The notes under the pieces are model-generated. The model ran no database searches. It was not told where the DNA came from and saw nothing but the letters and a program-made list of their open reading frames with translations. 64,000 nt of DNA from an uncultured virus (IMG/VR IMGVR_UViG_3300005405_000007). Taxonomy: Duplodnaviria > Heunggongvirae > Uroviricota > Caudoviricetes. Below, piece by piece: positions 19,532 through 30,170 of the stretch (position 1 is the stretch's first letter; each line of letters starts with the position of its first letter). Position numbers and translations under genes: made by a program. The stretch lies in IMG/VR virus record IMGVR_UViG_3300005405_000007. One strand, given 5' to 3'.

Positions 19532-20224
19532 ATGAATAAAATGACAATTAGAACCGAATTAGTAGGCGTATCATTCAACTTAAAACTTCAAAAAGACTTA
19601 CAAGAACATGAAGTTATCTGCTCCCACTGTGGAGGCACAGGACTTCAAATAGATGATCATCCTTTCGGACTTAAAAGTGAAAATAATAAAGTTCATTTTC
19701 CATATAAACAACAAACAATCACAGGTTGTAGACATTGTTATAGAGGTGTACAAAGTAAATGTTTATATTGCGGAAAAATATTAGATAGAAGTTCATCTCA
19801 GTGTAATTGTGAATATGTTGTACAAGAGCGTATTAAAGAAAGACATGATAAAGATTTAGAAACATGGAACAACGCAAAGAAAATATCATTTGAAGAAGCA
19901 AGTGAAAAATACGAAATGCTTTATAGTCATAGTCATGATAAATATATTAATGTCGAAGATTTTGAAGAATGGATACATGACAAAGGTTATGAGGAAAATG
20001 AGGTAGCGTCATTAAGAGTTTATGGGACACAAGCAATTGAATTGTCTATAGATGCTTATGATATTATTGAAAATGCTTGTAGTGACTTACATGAAGATGC
20101 AATGGATAATATCTCAGATGAAGACCAAAAAGAATTACAGATGTTGTTAGATAAATGGTGTGAGGATAATAGAGCAGGAACGACTACTTATTATGCTGAT
20201 TTTACTGTTAGAGTAAATTTGTAA
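19532..20224 (+). CDS. Hypothetical protein with DnaJ-like zinc finger
   Basis: CSHCGGTG, CRHCYRG and CLYCG motifs. Confidence 0.6.
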   Translation: MNKMTIRTELVGVSFNLKLQKDLQEHEVICSHCGGTGLQIDDHPFGLKSENNKVHFPYKQQTITGCRHCYRGVQSKCLYCGKILDRSSSQCNCEYVVQERIKERHDKDLETWNNAKKISFEEASEKYEMLYSHSHDKYINVEDFEEWIHDKGYEENEVASLRVYGTQAIELSIDAYDIIENACSDLHEDAMDNISDEDQKELQMLLDKWCEDNRAGTTTYYADFTVRVNL

Positions 20225-20239
20225 AGGAGGTGAATTATA

Positions 20240-20524
20240 TTGACCACATATAAAATTACAACACAAGAAGAATTAGATGAACTTAATGCAGATTATCTTA
20301 AACATTATCCACAAGAAACAAATTTTAAATGGTCTGGATGCAATTATTATATAAATCAAGGTAAGATAGAGCATGAGTCTCTAGGTACTGCCCAATCTAT
20401 GCATGACTGTGAAGCATGTGAAAGAATAGCAAATTTTGATACTCCTACTTGGTTTTGGAATAAAGAGATTGAGCAGAGATTAAGAGATATTATAAATGAC
20501 TATATGAAAAGAGATGTAATGTAA
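20240..20524 (+). CDS. Hypothetical protein
   Basis: AAGGAGGTGA before TTG. Confidence 0.55.
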   Translation: MTTYKITTQEELDELNADYLKHYPQETNFKWSGCNYYINQGKIEHESLGTAQSMHDCEACERIANFDTPTWFWNKEIEQRLRDIINDYMKRDVM

Positions 20525-20565
20525 TCCTGAGAAATAATGAATTTATCGGAAAGGAGATATTACAA

Positions 20566-20778
20566 ATGATTAAAAAATATTTACTAAAACTTGCTTATTG
20601 GATAAATAAACATTATAAAACAATTGAGATTAGACATCAAGATTACATAAAATTTGGCAATAATTACTTTGCAATAGTACAATTAACTCATAGTCAGGAG
20701 ATAGGATGCTCAGATGTGTTAGATATTAAGGCGTATAGTCTTGACTATTATCTGCCTTCGCTTAAAGCAACCCGATAA
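20566..20778 (+). CDS. Hypothetical protein
   Basis: SD AAGGAG then ATG. Confidence 0.5.
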   Translation: MIKKYLLKLAYWINKHYKTIEIRHQDYIKFGNNYFAIVQLTHSQEIGCSDVLDIKAYSLDYYLPSLKATR

Positions 20779-20790
20779 AGAACCTATTTC

Positions 20791-21018
20791 GTGTTGATTG
20801 AAAAGGAGAATTACATGAGAGAATTAACTATATTAATAAATGACCTTGATGATTGCTTACTATATGTTGATGGCAAAGCATTTAATGACATAGATGATAC
20901 TTGGGCAGAATGCATTCTATTTTTAAAAGATATAATTAGCAATAGAGTAAATATTATTAAAACTAGTTTAGAAAGAAAAGATTATCCAACCCAATTAGAG
21001 AATCTTATAGAAGATTAG
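20791..21018 (+). CDS. Hypothetical protein
   Basis: SD AAGGAG before ATG near 20815. Confidence 0.5.
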   Translation: MLIEKENYMRELTILINDLDDCLLYVDGKAFNDIDDTWAECILFLKDIISNRVNIIKTSLERKDYPTQLENLIED

Positions 21019-21069
21019 TTCCCAGAAAAGATAAATTCTATGTTAATTAAGAAAGGATGAATATAAAAA

Positions 21070-21501
21070 ATGAATGGTTGGATAGGCGTGGACTTAGATA
21101 GAACTTTAGCAAAATATGATAAATGGAGAGGATCAGAACATATAGGAGAACCAATACCTCTAATGTTAAACAGAGTAAAAGAATGGTTAAATGAAGGTAG
21201 AAATGTAAAGATATTTACGGCAAGAGTTTCGAGTAACAATCCCGAGAGAATATATTCTTTATATATTATTAATAAATGGTGTGAAAAACATATTGGTCAG
21301 GTATTAGAAGTTACATCAGAAAAAGATTATGGGATGATTGAATTATATGATGACAGATGTAAACAAATTATTCCGAACACAGGGGTATTAATTGAAGAAT
21401 ATTTACAAAATAAAATTTATAAGTTGGAAAACGAATTAGCAGATAAAGTTAGATTTTATGAAAGAGAATTAGGTTTGGATGAAGATGAAGAGGATTATTA
21501 A
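21070..21501 (+). CDS. HAD-superfamily phosphatase (polynucleotide 3'-phosphatase-like)
   Basis: GVDLDRTL motif I, IFTAR motif II, LYDD motif IV. Confidence 0.75.
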   Translation: MNGWIGVDLDRTLAKYDKWRGSEHIGEPIPLMLNRVKEWLNEGRNVKIFTARVSSNNPERIYSLYIINKWCEKHIGQVLEVTSEKDYGMIELYDDRCKQIIPNTGVLIEEYLQNKIYKLENELADKVRFYERELGLDEDEEDY

Positions 21502-21518
21502 ATAAGGAGAAATGAAAA

Positions 21519-21728
21519 ATGTCAAACAAAAATCCCACAGTATCTTGCACAGATTGCATTCATTGGAATGATTTAAAACAACGTATAGAAAATTATTTCG
21601 GATGTAATACAAAATTCTGTAATATTAAATGTAAATGTTTTTGTTGTGATTGTAATTCACCAAATAGACCAAAAGAATCAAATATAAGACCAAATTTTAT
21701 CAAACGAGAAATAAATGATGACTATTAG
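21519..21728 (+). CDS. Cys-rich hypothetical protein
   Basis: 69 aa, SD AAGGAG. Confidence 0.5.
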   Translation: MSNKNPTVSCTDCIHWNDLKQRIENYFGCNTKFCNIKCKCFCCDCNSPNRPKESNIRPNFIKREINDDY

Positions 21729-21888
21729 AATATTTAAACCCATCATAAAATTCATCAAACAACTATTCTGTATCCACAATTATATCCATATTGAATCCAA
21801 ATACACAAAATCTCATAAATTTATTCACTACATATGCTTCAAATGCGGTAAATTAAAGACAAAAATAAAAAGATTGGGGTTGTTTTAA
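21715..21888 (+). CDS. Small putative Zn-binding phage protein, 57 aa (not in track)
   Basis: LFCIHNY...CFKCGK; fills the gap between two genes. Confidence 0.45.
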   Translation: MMTIRIFKPIIKFIKQLFCIHNYIHIESKYTKSHKFIHYICFKCGKLKTKIKRLGLF

Positions 21889-22233
21889 ATGGATGAATTT
21901 CAAGAATTTAATTTAGATTTCTTCATGAAAAAAGTAATTGGAACACAAATTCAAATTGAATCTGCTAATGCAGAAGGAGATTTAGGAATCTTATTAAATG
22001 TTGTAGTAAATGATGCAGAAATTAAATTCATTGATGAGTATTATTACAATGGATATATTTTAGTTATTAATGAGAATATAAGTTTATGTTTTTCAAATTG
22101 GCAAGTAAGTGAACATGATCATAGTATTTTAGTTTTGTATAGGAATATTAGAGATAATGATATTTTTACATATGTTAGACTTCTTGACGATAATTGGGTT
22201 GATGAAAATGTGGTGGGATTTGTTCAGTATTGA
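21889..22233 (+). CDS. Hypothetical protein
   Basis: 114-aa ORF. Confidence 0.5.
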   Translation: MDEFQEFNLDFFMKKVIGTQIQIESANAEGDLGILLNVVVNDAEIKFIDEYYYNGYILVINENISLCFSNWQVSEHDHSILVLYRNIRDNDIFTYVRLLDDNWVDENVVGFVQY

Positions 22234-22318
22234 TTTATTGTTATTAATCAAAATTATATTTATTGATTAAATTGTTAAAGTAAGATATAATTAACTTATC
22301 ATATGGGCATGGAAAGGA

Positions 22319-24340
22319 ATGTTTATTATAGAACACAATAATCAAAATACATATAATCCAGATTCGTTAGATTCATTGGGCATATTGGGTGGGGTTAGAG
22401 CAAAACCTGCATCTATAGGTATGGAGAATCATCAACATGGATTTCTAGAAATACTAGGAAATTCACTTGATGAAAGTCGTGGTGGTTATGGGAGCAAAAT
22501 AATCATAACTAAACATAAAGATAATTCAATTACAATACAGGACTTTGGTAGGTCTGTTCCTATGGATAAAAATTCTAAAGGAGAATATGCTTATAAAAAG
22601 GTTTTTGATGAATTGTGGAGTGGTGGGAAATACAACAATAATCAATCAAATGGTAATTACATATATAGTCTAGGCACAAACGGCATCGGTTGTACTGGCA
22701 CAAATTACACTAGCGATTTTCTTGAAGCAACTGCAATTAGCAATAAAGGTTGTCAATATTATATACGATATGAAAATGGAGTTCTACAAGGACAATTAGA
22801 AAAAACCAAACATGATTTAGATTATACAGGAACAATTATTCATTGGTTGCCATCTAAAGAAGTTTTTAGAGGAGAAAGTAATATTGACTCTTCTTTTATA
22901 GAAAAGATTTTAAAACAGCAATCTATTGTCAATGCAGGATTGCAATTCGAGTTTATCAATGAGATCAATGATACTGTGCTTACATTTTATTATGAGAATG
23001 GTGTCTTAGACTATATTAAAGAAATCAACGATGATAAAAATATTAGTGATATAATTCAATTCAAAACTGAAGCAACAGGCAAGGATAATGAAGAAAGTGA
23101 TGAATATAAAATTAAAGCTGAAATATCATTTTGTTTTAATAATGAAGTGAATATTATAGAATGCTATCACAATTCTTCATTCCTTGAAAATGGGGGCACA
23201 CCAGAGTTATATATCAAAACTTCATTCGTTTATGCCATTGATAAATATTTGAAAGATAATAATATATATTCAAAGCAAGATAAAAAAATCAACTTCAATG
23301 ATATTGAAGACAGTTTAGTTATCATTAGTGACACATATTCAACAATTTCTTTGTTCTTAGGTCAAGCCAAAAAAGATATGGAGTCTAAGTTTATGCAAGA
23401 ATATATCACTAGTTGGTTAAAACAGCAATTAGAAATATATTTTGCAGAAAATAAATTAGAAGCAGATAAAATTGTCAATCAAATTTTAATTAATTCAAGA
23501 GCAAATAATAAAGCACAGCAAACTAAATTGGATATTAAAAAAAAATTACAAGGCAATAGTGGAGGAAAATCATCATTATCACAAAAAATCGAAGGTGTTA
23601 AACACTGTGATATGAGAAATTCTAAATTAGAAGAGCGATATTTCTTAATTGATGAGGGCGTATCTGCTAATTCCACCATATCAGATGCTATTGATGCTAG
23701 AATAATGGGATGTTGCGGTTTAAAAGGAAGATTTATCAATAGTTTAAAAACAAGCGTATCAAAAGTATTAGAAAATGAGCCAGCATTAAAAATTATTCAA
23801 GCGTTAGGTTGTGGAATCGAAATACCATACAATGAACGAAAAAAATATAAACATATTGATTATTTTGATATTAATAATCTTAAATATGCTAATATTGGGA
23901 TTTTATGTGATGCAGATGCATTTGGAAAAGGAATTAATTTATCGCTTATTACATTCTTCTATAAATTTTTCCCGACACTATTAAAGCAAAATAGAATTTA
24001 TTTAGTTATATCACCTAGATATGAGGTTGTAACAAAGAACGAAACTATTTTCTGCTACAATGAAATAGAGAAGCAAACTATAATTGATGAATTAAAATCT
24101 AAAAACAAATCATATTATATTGGTATTAAAAAAGGGTTAGGAGAATTTAATAAAGAAGATTTTTATAAATATGTCTTATGCGAAGAAGCTAGAAAAAAAA
24201 CATTTATACCAATCGAGTATGAAGGTGCTGAAGAAATGATTAAATATTACTTTGATATGCTTATGGGAGATGATATTGTAAACAGGAAAAAATTTATTAG
24301 GGATAATATTGTTAACATCAACCTTAATGAAATTGAATAG
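22319..24340 (+). CDS. Type IIA topoisomerase B subunit (GyrB/ParE-like)
   Basis: GHKL motifs EILGNSLDE, QDFGRSVP, GGKY...GTNGIG; Toprim DEGVSA, LKGR, DADAFG; KGLGE. Confidence 0.92.
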   Translation: MFIIEHNNQNTYNPDSLDSLGILGGVRAKPASIGMENHQHGFLEILGNSLDESRGGYGSKIIITKHKDNSITIQDFGRSVPMDKNSKGEYAYKKVFDELWSGGKYNNNQSNGNYIYSLGTNGIGCTGTNYTSDFLEATAISNKGCQYYIRYENGVLQGQLEKTKHDLDYTGTIIHWLPSKEVFRGESNIDSSFIEKILKQQSIVNAGLQFEFINEINDTVLTFYYENGVLDYIKEINDDKNISDIIQFKTEATGKDNEESDEYKIKAEISFCFNNEVNIIECYHNSSFLENGGTPELYIKTSFVYAIDKYLKDNNIYSKQDKKINFNDIEDSLVIISDTYSTISLFLGQAKKDMESKFMQEYITSWLKQQLEIYFAENKLEADKIVNQILINSRANNKAQQTKLDIKKKLQGNSGGKSSLSQKIEGVKHCDMRNSKLEERYFLIDEGVSANSTISDAIDARIMGCCGLKGRFINSLKTSVSKVLENEPALKIIQALGCGIEIPYNERKKYKHIDYFDINNLKYANIGILCDADAFGKGINLSLITFFYKFFPTLLKQNRIYLVISPRYEVVTKNETIFCYNEIEKQTIIDELKSKNKSYYIGIKKGLGEFNKEDFYKYVLCEEARKKTFIPIEYEGAEEMIKYYFDMLMGDDIVNRKKFIRDNIVNINLNEIE

Positions 24341-24350
24341 GAGATAAAAA

Positions 24351-26555
24351 GTGAATATAATTGATACGTTGAAATCAGAATTTATACCATACGCTGGAGA
24401 AATATTACTTAATAATTTACCTAATGTTGCTGATGGTTTATTACCAGTGCAACGTAAGGTGTTATGGGCACTACACAAGAATAAAATATCAAGTGATAAA
24501 CCATATATCAAACTATTAAGAGCAAGCGCGTTTTCTATGGTATATTATGTATTTGGTGATCTCCCTTTAGCTTCTGCTATGAAAAACATGGCTAATAATG
24601 GCATTAATTATTTATATCTTGATCCTAAAGGTAGTTTTGGAGACAAAAGAAAAAAAGAAGGTGTTGGGGCATCTCCTCGTTATATTGAATGTAGATTATC
24701 AAAATATAGCGAGGATATGTTAAATGGTATTGATAAAAGTATAATTCCAATGAAAAGAAATTTTGATGATACAGAAGATGAACCAGTTATGCTCCCCTCA
24801 ATTATTCCAAATACACTAATTAATTCATCACAAAGTATTGCAGTTGGAGAGGCAAGTAAAATGTACTCTCATAACTTAGAGGAAACTTGTTTGAGTATTA
24901 TTTCTTACATTCAAAATAATAATATTGATGAAGCAATTAGTATTATTAAATGTCCAGATTTTTCTATTGGTGGAAAAATAATTTATGACAAGAATACTTT
25001 TTATAAAATTTATACAACTGGACTTGGTTCTTTTACTGTTATAGGGAACTATGTATACGATGAAAAAGAAAATAAAGTATTTATTACTGAAGTGCCACAA
25101 GGAACATATATAGAAGATATTGAAGAAAAATTTCGTAAAGCATATGAAAAAGGATTATTTAAAGAAGTTATTGATATTCATGATTCAAGTGGTATGCAAG
25201 GTATTCAATTAGACATTTATCTTAAAAAGAATACTGACATCAATTTGTTTATTTCAAAGTTAAGAAAATACACTCCCTTTGAATCTAGTTTATCGTTCAA
25301 TTGTCAAATGATAGATTTAGATTGTAAAACTCCAGTCCTCATGAGTTTACAAATGATTTATGACAGATGGATCGAACATAGGATTAATTGCATAAAAAAT
25401 GAATTTGAATTTGATATAAATAAAAATAAAAAGCAATTACATTTACTTAAGGGACTACATAATATATTGTTAGATTTAGATAAAGCAATATCACTAATTC
25501 GTTTATCTAAAAATGATCAAGAAGCAATTGAAAAACTGAAGGAAAATTTTCCTATTGATGATGTTCAAGCTGATTATATTAGCCAAATTAGACTTATCAA
25601 TATCAATAAAGATTATATTATCAAGAGAATTAAAAATATTGATGATATTGAAAAAGAATTGACTAGATTGGAAGATATACGTTCTGATGATAATAAGATT
25701 AAAAATGTCATTATTGAGCAGCTACAAGATGTAATAAAAAAACATAGTCGTGAAAGAAAAACTAAAATAATTTATAAAAATGATAATATTGTCGAAGAAG
25801 AAATCATTGATGATTACAATTGTAAAATATTCTTTACAAAAGAAGGATATCTTAAAAAAGTGCCATTAACTTCTTTAAGAGGTGTAAATCTACAAAAACT
25901 AAAAGAAGGGGATGCAGTAACACAAGAATTAGATACTTCAAATAAAGCAGATTTAATTTTATTCTCTAGTAAACAGATTGCTTATAAATTAAAAATCAAT
26001 GAAATAAATGATTCAAAAACATCTTTACTTGGAGATTATATTAATAATATCATTGACTTAGACAAAGATGAAAAGATTATCTATATGATTTCTACTACTA
26101 ATTATTCAGGTTATCTGTTAATTGCTTTTAAAAATGGAAAGATTGCTAAGATTAATTTATCTTCATATGCAACAAAAACAAACCGAAATAAATTAATTAA
26201 TGCTTATAGTACAGATTGTGAAATTGTAAATATGTTGCACTTAGAAAAAGATATTGATTTATTGTGTAAGAGTAGTATTAATAAAGTGTTAATTATCAAT
26301 ACTGAGCAAATTGCCGTAAAATCAAGTAAAATTTCTGTAGGAGTTAGTGTTTTAAAGAGTAAGAAGGACAGTTTTATGGGAATGTGTGTGCCAATGGATA
26401 TTGTTAGTGTTGAGGGGTTGGGTGGATTAGAGGGTGCTGAGTATTATAAGGGGAACGTTAATTCTATTGGTAATTATTTAAAGAAAGGAGATGAAATTAG
26501 GTTGTATAAATATAAAAATAATTTTATTGAAAATAAGTTGTTTAATGTGGTATAA
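24351..26555 (+). CDS. Type IIA topoisomerase A subunit (GyrA/ParC-like)
   Basis: LPNVADGLLPVQRK, catalytic ASPRYIE, CPDF, ITEVP, C-terminal TKEGYLKK blade. Confidence 0.92.
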   Translation: MNIIDTLKSEFIPYAGEILLNNLPNVADGLLPVQRKVLWALHKNKISSDKPYIKLLRASAFSMVYYVFGDLPLASAMKNMANNGINYLYLDPKGSFGDKRKKEGVGASPRYIECRLSKYSEDMLNGIDKSIIPMKRNFDDTEDEPVMLPSIIPNTLINSSQSIAVGEASKMYSHNLEETCLSIISYIQNNNIDEAISIIKCPDFSIGGKIIYDKNTFYKIYTTGLGSFTVIGNYVYDEKENKVFITEVPQGTYIEDIEEKFRKAYEKGLFKEVIDIHDSSGMQGIQLDIYLKKNTDINLFISKLRKYTPFESSLSFNCQMIDLDCKTPVLMSLQMIYDRWIEHRINCIKNEFEFDINKNKKQLHLLKGLHNILLDLDKAISLIRLSKNDQEAIEKLKENFPIDDVQADYISQIRLININKDYIIKRIKNIDDIEKELTRLEDIRSDDNKIKNVIIEQLQDVIKKHSRERKTKIIYKNDNIVEEEIIDDYNCKIFFTKEGYLKKVPLTSLRGVNLQKLKEGDAVTQELDTSNKADLILFSSKQIAYKLKINEINDSKTSLLGDYINNIIDLDKDEKIIYMISTTNYSGYLLIAFKNGKIAKINLSSYATKTNRNKLINAYSTDCEIVNMLHLEKDIDLLCKSSINKVLIINTEQIAVKSSKISVGVSVLKSKKDSFMGMCVPMDIVSVEGLGGLEGAEYYKGNVNSIGNYLKKGDEIRLYKYKNNFIENKLFNVV

Positions 26556-26615
26556 TTTTGGTAGGTCGATAATATATAAATAAAATAATAAATTAAGGAA
26601 AGAGGATGATTACAT

Positions 26616-27257
26616 ATGATTAAAGTTATTAGAGCAACACAAAATCCTTTATCATTAATGGGAGAATGTGCTAGTCTTTGTTGGGATAGTACGTCAAGCC
26701 CACAGATAGGCATAGACTGCATTGAATCAGGACACGGAAGGGTATTGGAGTATCCTGACATTATCGTTGAAATTGACGGGTATTCTGCCCGTATGATTCG
26801 TGAACTATATACAAAAATCATTGGGGTTACAAGATTGCAAGCAAGCACACGATATATAAAATATGGAGAATTTGATTATTATATCCCTGAATCAATCAAA
26901 AATAATGATAAAGCTCTTAATGTTTATGAAAATATCATGCAAGATATTTCAATGGCATATTTAAGATTAGAAGAATTAGGTATTCCTAAAGAAGATACTG
27001 CCAACGTTCTTCCATTGGCAATGCATAGCAAAGTTATTCTTAAAATTAATGCTAGAGCAATTATTGATATGGCTTTGGTAAGATTATGTACAAGAGCATT
27101 GAAAGAATATAGAGATTTTATGACAGAATTAATTAACGTTACAGGCAACATTGATAATGAATGGTTAAAAATTATGAGTTATGCTAAACCAAAATGCGAA
27201 GAAAATGGGTTCTGCTCAGAGAAAAATAGTTGTGGGAGGTATGCTAGTAAATGTTAA
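26616..27257 (+). CDS. thyX: FAD-dependent thymidylate synthase
   Basis: GHGRVLE, QASTRY, GIPKEDTANVLP, INARA, RLC. Confidence 0.88.
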   Translation: MIKVIRATQNPLSLMGECASLCWDSTSSPQIGIDCIESGHGRVLEYPDIIVEIDGYSARMIRELYTKIIGVTRLQASTRYIKYGEFDYYIPESIKNNDKALNVYENIMQDISMAYLRLEELGIPKEDTANVLPLAMHSKVILKINARAIIDMALVRLCTRALKEYRDFMTELINVTGNIDNEWLKIMSYAKPKCEENGFCSEKNSCGRYASKC

Positions 27258-27781
27258 TCATTTTAGTAAGTGGAAAATCACACTCTGGCAAAGGGACTTC
27301 TTCAGAAATATTAGAACAAATCCTACAATCACAAAATAAACATGTAATCAGATGTAGTTTATCAACATACATAAGACAAATTGCAAAAGATGACTTCTAT
27401 TGGGATGGAATAGATACATTAGAAAGTCGTATATTCATGGGTGAAGTTTATCGTATTGGTACAGAGTTTTATCCATATCATATGGCGAGAAGGGTATGGG
27501 AAAGAGATATTCAACCTTATGTAAATAAAAATACAGTAGCAATTGTAGAAAGTTTTAGAGAAAAAGTTAATTATGATTATTTTGTAGAACTTTGGAAACA
27601 AAAAATAATTGATGATATTACTACAATTAGAATAATAAGACCTAATTTCGATGCTATAAAAGACAAAAATCATAAAAAACATGTTTCCGAATCAGATTTA
27701 GACAATTTTAATTTTGATTATATTATAGAAAATAATGGAACAATTGAAGAATTGGAAAATAAATTAAAGGAGATATTTTGA
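27251..27781 (+). CDS. Deoxynucleoside monophosphate kinase-like protein
   Basis: P-loop SGKSHSGKGT; HVSE...FDYIIENNGT. Confidence 0.78.
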   Translation: MLIILVSGKSHSGKGTSSEILEQILQSQNKHVIRCSLSTYIRQIAKDDFYWDGIDTLESRIFMGEVYRIGTEFYPYHMARRVWERDIQPYVNKNTVAIVESFREKVNYDYFVELWKQKIIDDITTIRIIRPNFDAIKDKNHKKHVSESDLDNFNFDYIIENNGTIEELENKLKEIF

Positions 27782-28356
27782 TGAGTAAAATGAAAATTTA
27801 TCTAGACATGGATAACTCCTTGACTGCAAGCACTAAATCATTTTGTGAGAGTTATAATTTTCTTTATAAATATCATAAAGACTTTACTCCTGCAAACTGG
27901 GAGCTAGTAGATACTTGGAACATGCATGATCAGTGTAAACTTCTTAAGTCTGAATCAGATGTGTTAGAAATATTTGAAACTCCAATATTCTTTAAACTAC
28001 TAAAACTTATAAATGAGAATACATATGAAATCGCAAGAGAGTTAAATGAAAAATATCACATTATTATTGTATCAATTGGAACACCTATTAACTTATCTCT
28101 AAAAGCATTATACCTACAAGAAACTTTACCTTTTATTAAGGATTATGTTTTATTGTATAATAAAGGAATCAAAATGAATAAAGAGATAGTTAAAATGGAT
28201 TATCCCGAATCAATATTTATAGACGATCATGCCGACAATTTAATTTCAAGTAATGCTATAAACAAATATGTATTTGGCAAAGATTATCCATGGAGTAAAA
28301 CAAATGATTATGAAAGATTATGGAATTGGACAGATGTAGGAAATAAATTATTGTAA
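27778..28356 (+). CDS. 5'(3')-deoxyribonucleotidase-like HAD protein
   Basis: YLDMDNSL, IFIDD, YPWS...RLWNW. Confidence 0.78.
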   Translation: MMSKMKIYLDMDNSLTASTKSFCESYNFLYKYHKDFTPANWELVDTWNMHDQCKLLKSESDVLEIFETPIFFKLLKLINENTYEIARELNEKYHIIIVSIGTPINLSLKALYLQETLPFIKDYVLLYNKGIKMNKEIVKMDYPESIFIDDHADNLISSNAINKYVFGKDYPWSKTNDYERLWNWTDVGNKLL

Positions 28357-28385
28357 TATAAAATAAAAAGGAGACAAAAATACAT

Positions 28386-28883
28386 ATGGAATTTAACAAA
28401 TTATTCCCACTAGAGGCATGTGGAAAATGCAAAAGAGATAATTATTGCATATATCCATGTGAAGACCTCTATAATGAACTTAAAATACTAAATTCTATAA
28501 ATTCACAATCGTACAATCAGCCTGTAGCAAGGGTTTTAGGTGATGATATTTATGATAAAAGCGAACTTTCATTGGATGGTAGTAATAACGACAAAAATAA
28601 AATATATAATGAAAATTATGTTGATATTGAAGATATCTTAAACTTCCCAATAGAGAGTCCTGAATTTCTTGCTGTAGTAAATGGGTTAGTAGATGTAAAG
28701 AAGATTATTAGTGGAGAATCTTTACTTATAATTTTATCAGATATTAATGATAAATATTGTGAAGATAATAATTTATGTAAAGTATGCAGAAGTGAGTTAG
28801 AAGAAGTTAGTGAATCTAGAGGAGAACATTTTGGTAGAAACAGTTATGAGAAAATGGTTATTTGTCCTAAGTGTGGTGGATAA
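28386..28883 (+). CDS. Hypothetical zinc-binding protein
   Basis: CGKC, CKVC and CPKC motifs. Confidence 0.55.
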   Translation: MEFNKLFPLEACGKCKRDNYCIYPCEDLYNELKILNSINSQSYNQPVARVLGDDIYDKSELSLDGSNNDKNKIYNENYVDIEDILNFPIESPEFLAVVNGLVDVKKIISGESLLIILSDINDKYCEDNNLCKVCRSELEEVSESRGEHFGRNSYEKMVICPKCGG

Positions 28884-28905
28884 GAGATATTATACTTGAA
28901 AGGAG

Positions 28906-29109
28906 GTGGTTCATATATCTTACACAGAAGAACAATATAAAATATATTCTAAATACATACTTCAAATAGGTTCAGAAATAGATTTAAAAGGGTACGCACA
29001 AGACATTAAATCATATAGAGATATGGAAAAATGGATAACTGAAAATAATATTACTATTGATATGCAAAATGAGATGGATGAAAGATTCCAAGAAGAATAT
29101 AAAGATTAA
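28906..29109 (+). CDS. Hypothetical protein (probable ATA start at 28915)
   Basis: The tracked GTG lies inside the SD AAGGAGGTG. Confidence 0.5.
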   Translation: MVHISYTEEQYKIYSKYILQIGSEIDLKGYAQDIKSYRDMEKWITENNITIDMQNEMDERFQEEYKD

Positions 29110-29219
29110 ATTTAAAACAAATAAGATAGGGTAACAAGTAAAAACTGGTATCAACGTCTTCCTATTGGACGTTTATATAATAAATTTGGGTGATGACCGA
29201 CATCAAGGAGAGATAAAAT

Positions 29220-29870
29220 ATGTTGTATTTATTAGATGGTAGTGAATTTAAAAGTATAGAGGCACAAAAATCTCATTTTGATCCTAATAATAATTGGATT
29301 TCCGTTGAATCAGACAAAATTTATTATGCTGACTTTAATCTAAATAATATTATTGTTAATAAACTTAAATTAGCATCACAAACAAATCAACTAGTACATA
29401 CTCAATGGTTAAGAGGCATTGGTAAAACACATGAACTTATTAGTTTTGCAAAACAACATGGATATGGTGTAATAGAACCATCAATGGTTGGTGCAGGATT
29501 AATAAAAATACGTGAAAATTATCAAGAAATTTATGATTCAGATATTAATTCTTTAAGAAGAGGTTGTAAACCTAATGGTGATTTATACATAAAAGATATT
29601 GTAGTTGATGAAGGAGTAACAAACATTCAAGAAATTAAGGATGCAGGATTTAATATTATTACTGGATTTTATACTCCAAAACAAGAAGATAATGCTTTGT
29701 CTTTTAAAGAAAAAGTAATGAAAACTCTTGTAGATGAGATTGATGCCCTTACTCCTAAATTGCAAGCAACTAGAGAAAACAAAGATTATGGGACATATAA
29801 GAATCTTATTAATGCTTATAGAGAGATATTAAACTTAATTCAAAATCATGCAAAGATTTATGGAATGTAA
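29220..29870 (+). CDS. Hypothetical protein with P-loop-like motif
   Basis: RGIGKT and IVVDE. Confidence 0.55.
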   Translation: MLYLLDGSEFKSIEAQKSHFDPNNNWISVESDKIYYADFNLNNIIVNKLKLASQTNQLVHTQWLRGIGKTHELISFAKQHGYGVIEPSMVGAGLIKIRENYQEIYDSDINSLRRGCKPNGDLYIKDIVVDEGVTNIQEIKDAGFNIITGFYTPKQEDNALSFKEKVMKTLVDEIDALTPKLQATRENKDYGTYKNLINAYREILNLIQNHAKIYGM

Positions 29871-29993
29871 GATCTAAATATAAATATTAAAATAATATTA
29901 TCCAAGTCTACTGTGATAGGCAGTGGGTTTGGATAATTCTTTAAGTGAGTAATACGAATACTAATTGTTATACATATTATCGAGGTGAAAGAG

Positions 29994-30155
29994 ATGATTA
30001 TAACTTATACAGAAGGTTGTACTCCTGATCCTGAAAGCGTTCAAGAGGGTAAAAGGATATATAAAGAAACTATTGCCAAACTTGTTTTAGAAGAGTTGAA
30101 GAAAAGAAATGACATAAAATATAATAACGAAATATTTAAAGAAACCGTAGGTTAA
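29994..30155 (+). CDS. 53-aa protein convergent on the recombinase; candidate recombination directionality factor
   Basis: SD GAGGTG then ATG; MIITYTEG...YKETIAKLVLEELKKR...; function inferred from size and position. Confidence 0.5.
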   Translation: MIITYTEGCTPDPESVQEGKRIYKETIAKLVLEELKKRNDIKYNNEIFKETVG

Positions 30156-30170
30156 TTCCTACGGTTTCTT
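30139..30170. terminator. Bidirectional terminator
   Basis: Perfect 13-bp stem AAGAAACCGTAGG / CCTACGGTTTCTT between convergent genes. Confidence 0.8.

Noticed and set aside
29125..29215. Short hairpins upstream of 29220 as a riboswitch or tRNA
   Set aside because: The stems are only 5-6 bp, with no cloverleaf or recognisable aptamer consensus.
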